This document shows positions 62,791 through 64,000 of a stretch of DNA of 64,000 nucleotides, piece by piece (position 1 is the first letter of the stretch; each line of letters begins with the position of its first letter). Under the pieces are notes generated by a model. It did no database searches. It was not told where the DNA came from and saw only the letters and a program-made list of their open reading frames with translations. A program made the translations under genes and the position numbers. Source of the DNA: Podarcis gaigeae (Eukaryota); the NCBI GenBank assembly GCA_964106915.2, contig OZ066914.1; one strand, written 5' to 3'.

Positions 62791-63458
62791 CCCATTAATA
62801 CTTAAAATCCTTAAGACAACTTGAGGTAACACTCAGTGTGAGGAGAGTTAATGCTGGATTAGGCTGCAGTGGTTGTTTAGTGGTAATAGAAATAGCCGTG
62901 AAAACATTGATACAAAATTTTTGTACAATAATATATTCCCACTATACATGCATATCACATCCAGGCTTCCCACAGCTTTTTCAACACAGAACTTTAGCTA
63001 GTCTTATTGGTGTCCAATAGCACTGAAAAAAATTGAATCAACTAAAAACAAATAAAATATGCTAGGTGACAGGTATAGTAATTAGCAATATATTTTGTTC
63101 CCTGACAGCAAACACATTTTCCCTGATTTACTAAACTGCAGAAAATGCTTTGATTTCCTTGATTCTGTCTTTACCGGAACATCAGTAATCATAACTTTGA
63201 TTCTGTAAGGTACTAAATAGTGGCAAATCCTTACAATTCCTATGTAGCTGTCATTTTAAGGACACTCACTTGGGAGTCCCAAATGAACACAGTAGGGATT
63301 ACTTTTGAGGAAATCTGCATAGGATTGGGCCTTGCATTTTGTAGGTCCCTGGCAATTTTCACAGAGCATTTGTCACCTTTCCCTGAAATATATTTTGTCT
63401 GAAAGAATATGCTAAAAGGGTGGGGAACCTTTTTGGCCCTGTGTATGTCTCCACCCAA

Positions 63459-63780
63459 GGGACACGGGTGGTGCTGTAGTCTAAACCACAGAGCCTAGGA
63501 CTTGCCGATCAGAAGGTCGGTGGTTCGAATCCCCGCGACGGGGTGAGCTCCCATTCCTCGGTCCCTGCTCCTGCCAACCTAGCAGTTCGAAAGCACATCA
63601 AAAGTGCAAGTGGATAAATAGGTACTGCTTCAGCAGGAAGGTAAATGGCGTTTCCGTGCGCTGGTCACATGACCCAAAAGCTGTATGCCGGCTCCCTCGG
63701 CCAATAAAGCGAGATGAGCGCCGCAACCCCAGAGTCGGCCACGACTGGACCTAATGGTCAGGGGTCCCTTTACCTTTACC
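63459..63780 (+). mobile_element. Sauria SINE with internal deletion
   Basis: GGGACACGGGTGGTGCTG head, ACCTTT tail; near-TSD TATGTC(T/C)CCACCC. Confidence 0.9.
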
Positions 63781-64000
63781 TATGTCCCCACCCCTTATAT
63801 TCAATACCGGAACTACATATCCTCTTGAAGTGAAAAATGGCATCCAGCTACTTGTGTGTCTGCAAGGCATGACCACAAATGGTGGGTGGGGCAGATTTGG
63901 GAAGTAACTCTACCCTGGATCATCTGTTCATGGCATTAAGGGATTTTCAGTGAACAAATCTAGCTCTACCAAAAGCCAGATCTGAAGAGAGATTTTGTGT

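Noticed and set aside
17400-64000. SWAP70, the expected neighbour from mammalian synteny
   Set aside because: I found no segment resembling its C-terminus (ITNWGPAAF), coiled coil or PH domain; it is probably beyond the window.

Overview
Vertebrate genomic DNA, almost certainly a squamate and probably a lacertid lizard (Sauria SINEs, BovB, lizard-type hAT and Tc1/mariner MITEs). 83-14852 (+) holds the last 10 coding exons of SBF2/MTMR13 (inactive myotubularin phosphatase motif, coiled coil, PH domain), with a probable 3' UTR to about 17.3 kb. 29130-35613 (-) is an intact, very young Ty3/Gypsy (Tf1/sushi-type chromovirus) LTR retrotransposon with two apparently identical 760-bp LTRs. It has three notable mechanisms readable from sequence: (1) no tRNA primer site, but an 11-nt self-priming complement plus supporting U5/leader duplexes; (2) a PEG10-like G-GGA-AAC -1 frameshift with an H-type pseudoknot; (3) a pol frame that does not stop after the chromodomain and reads through the PPT and all of U3, so about 210 aa are encoded inside the LTR. 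From about 21.6 to 61.4 kb, many minus-strand exon-like segments with splice signals and mostly open but stop-interrupted frames suggest a large decayed gene that I could not identify. An SBF2 intron contains a palindromic Penelope-type insertion with a hammerhead-like core just upstream of a splice acceptor. All calls were made by eye; no searches were run.
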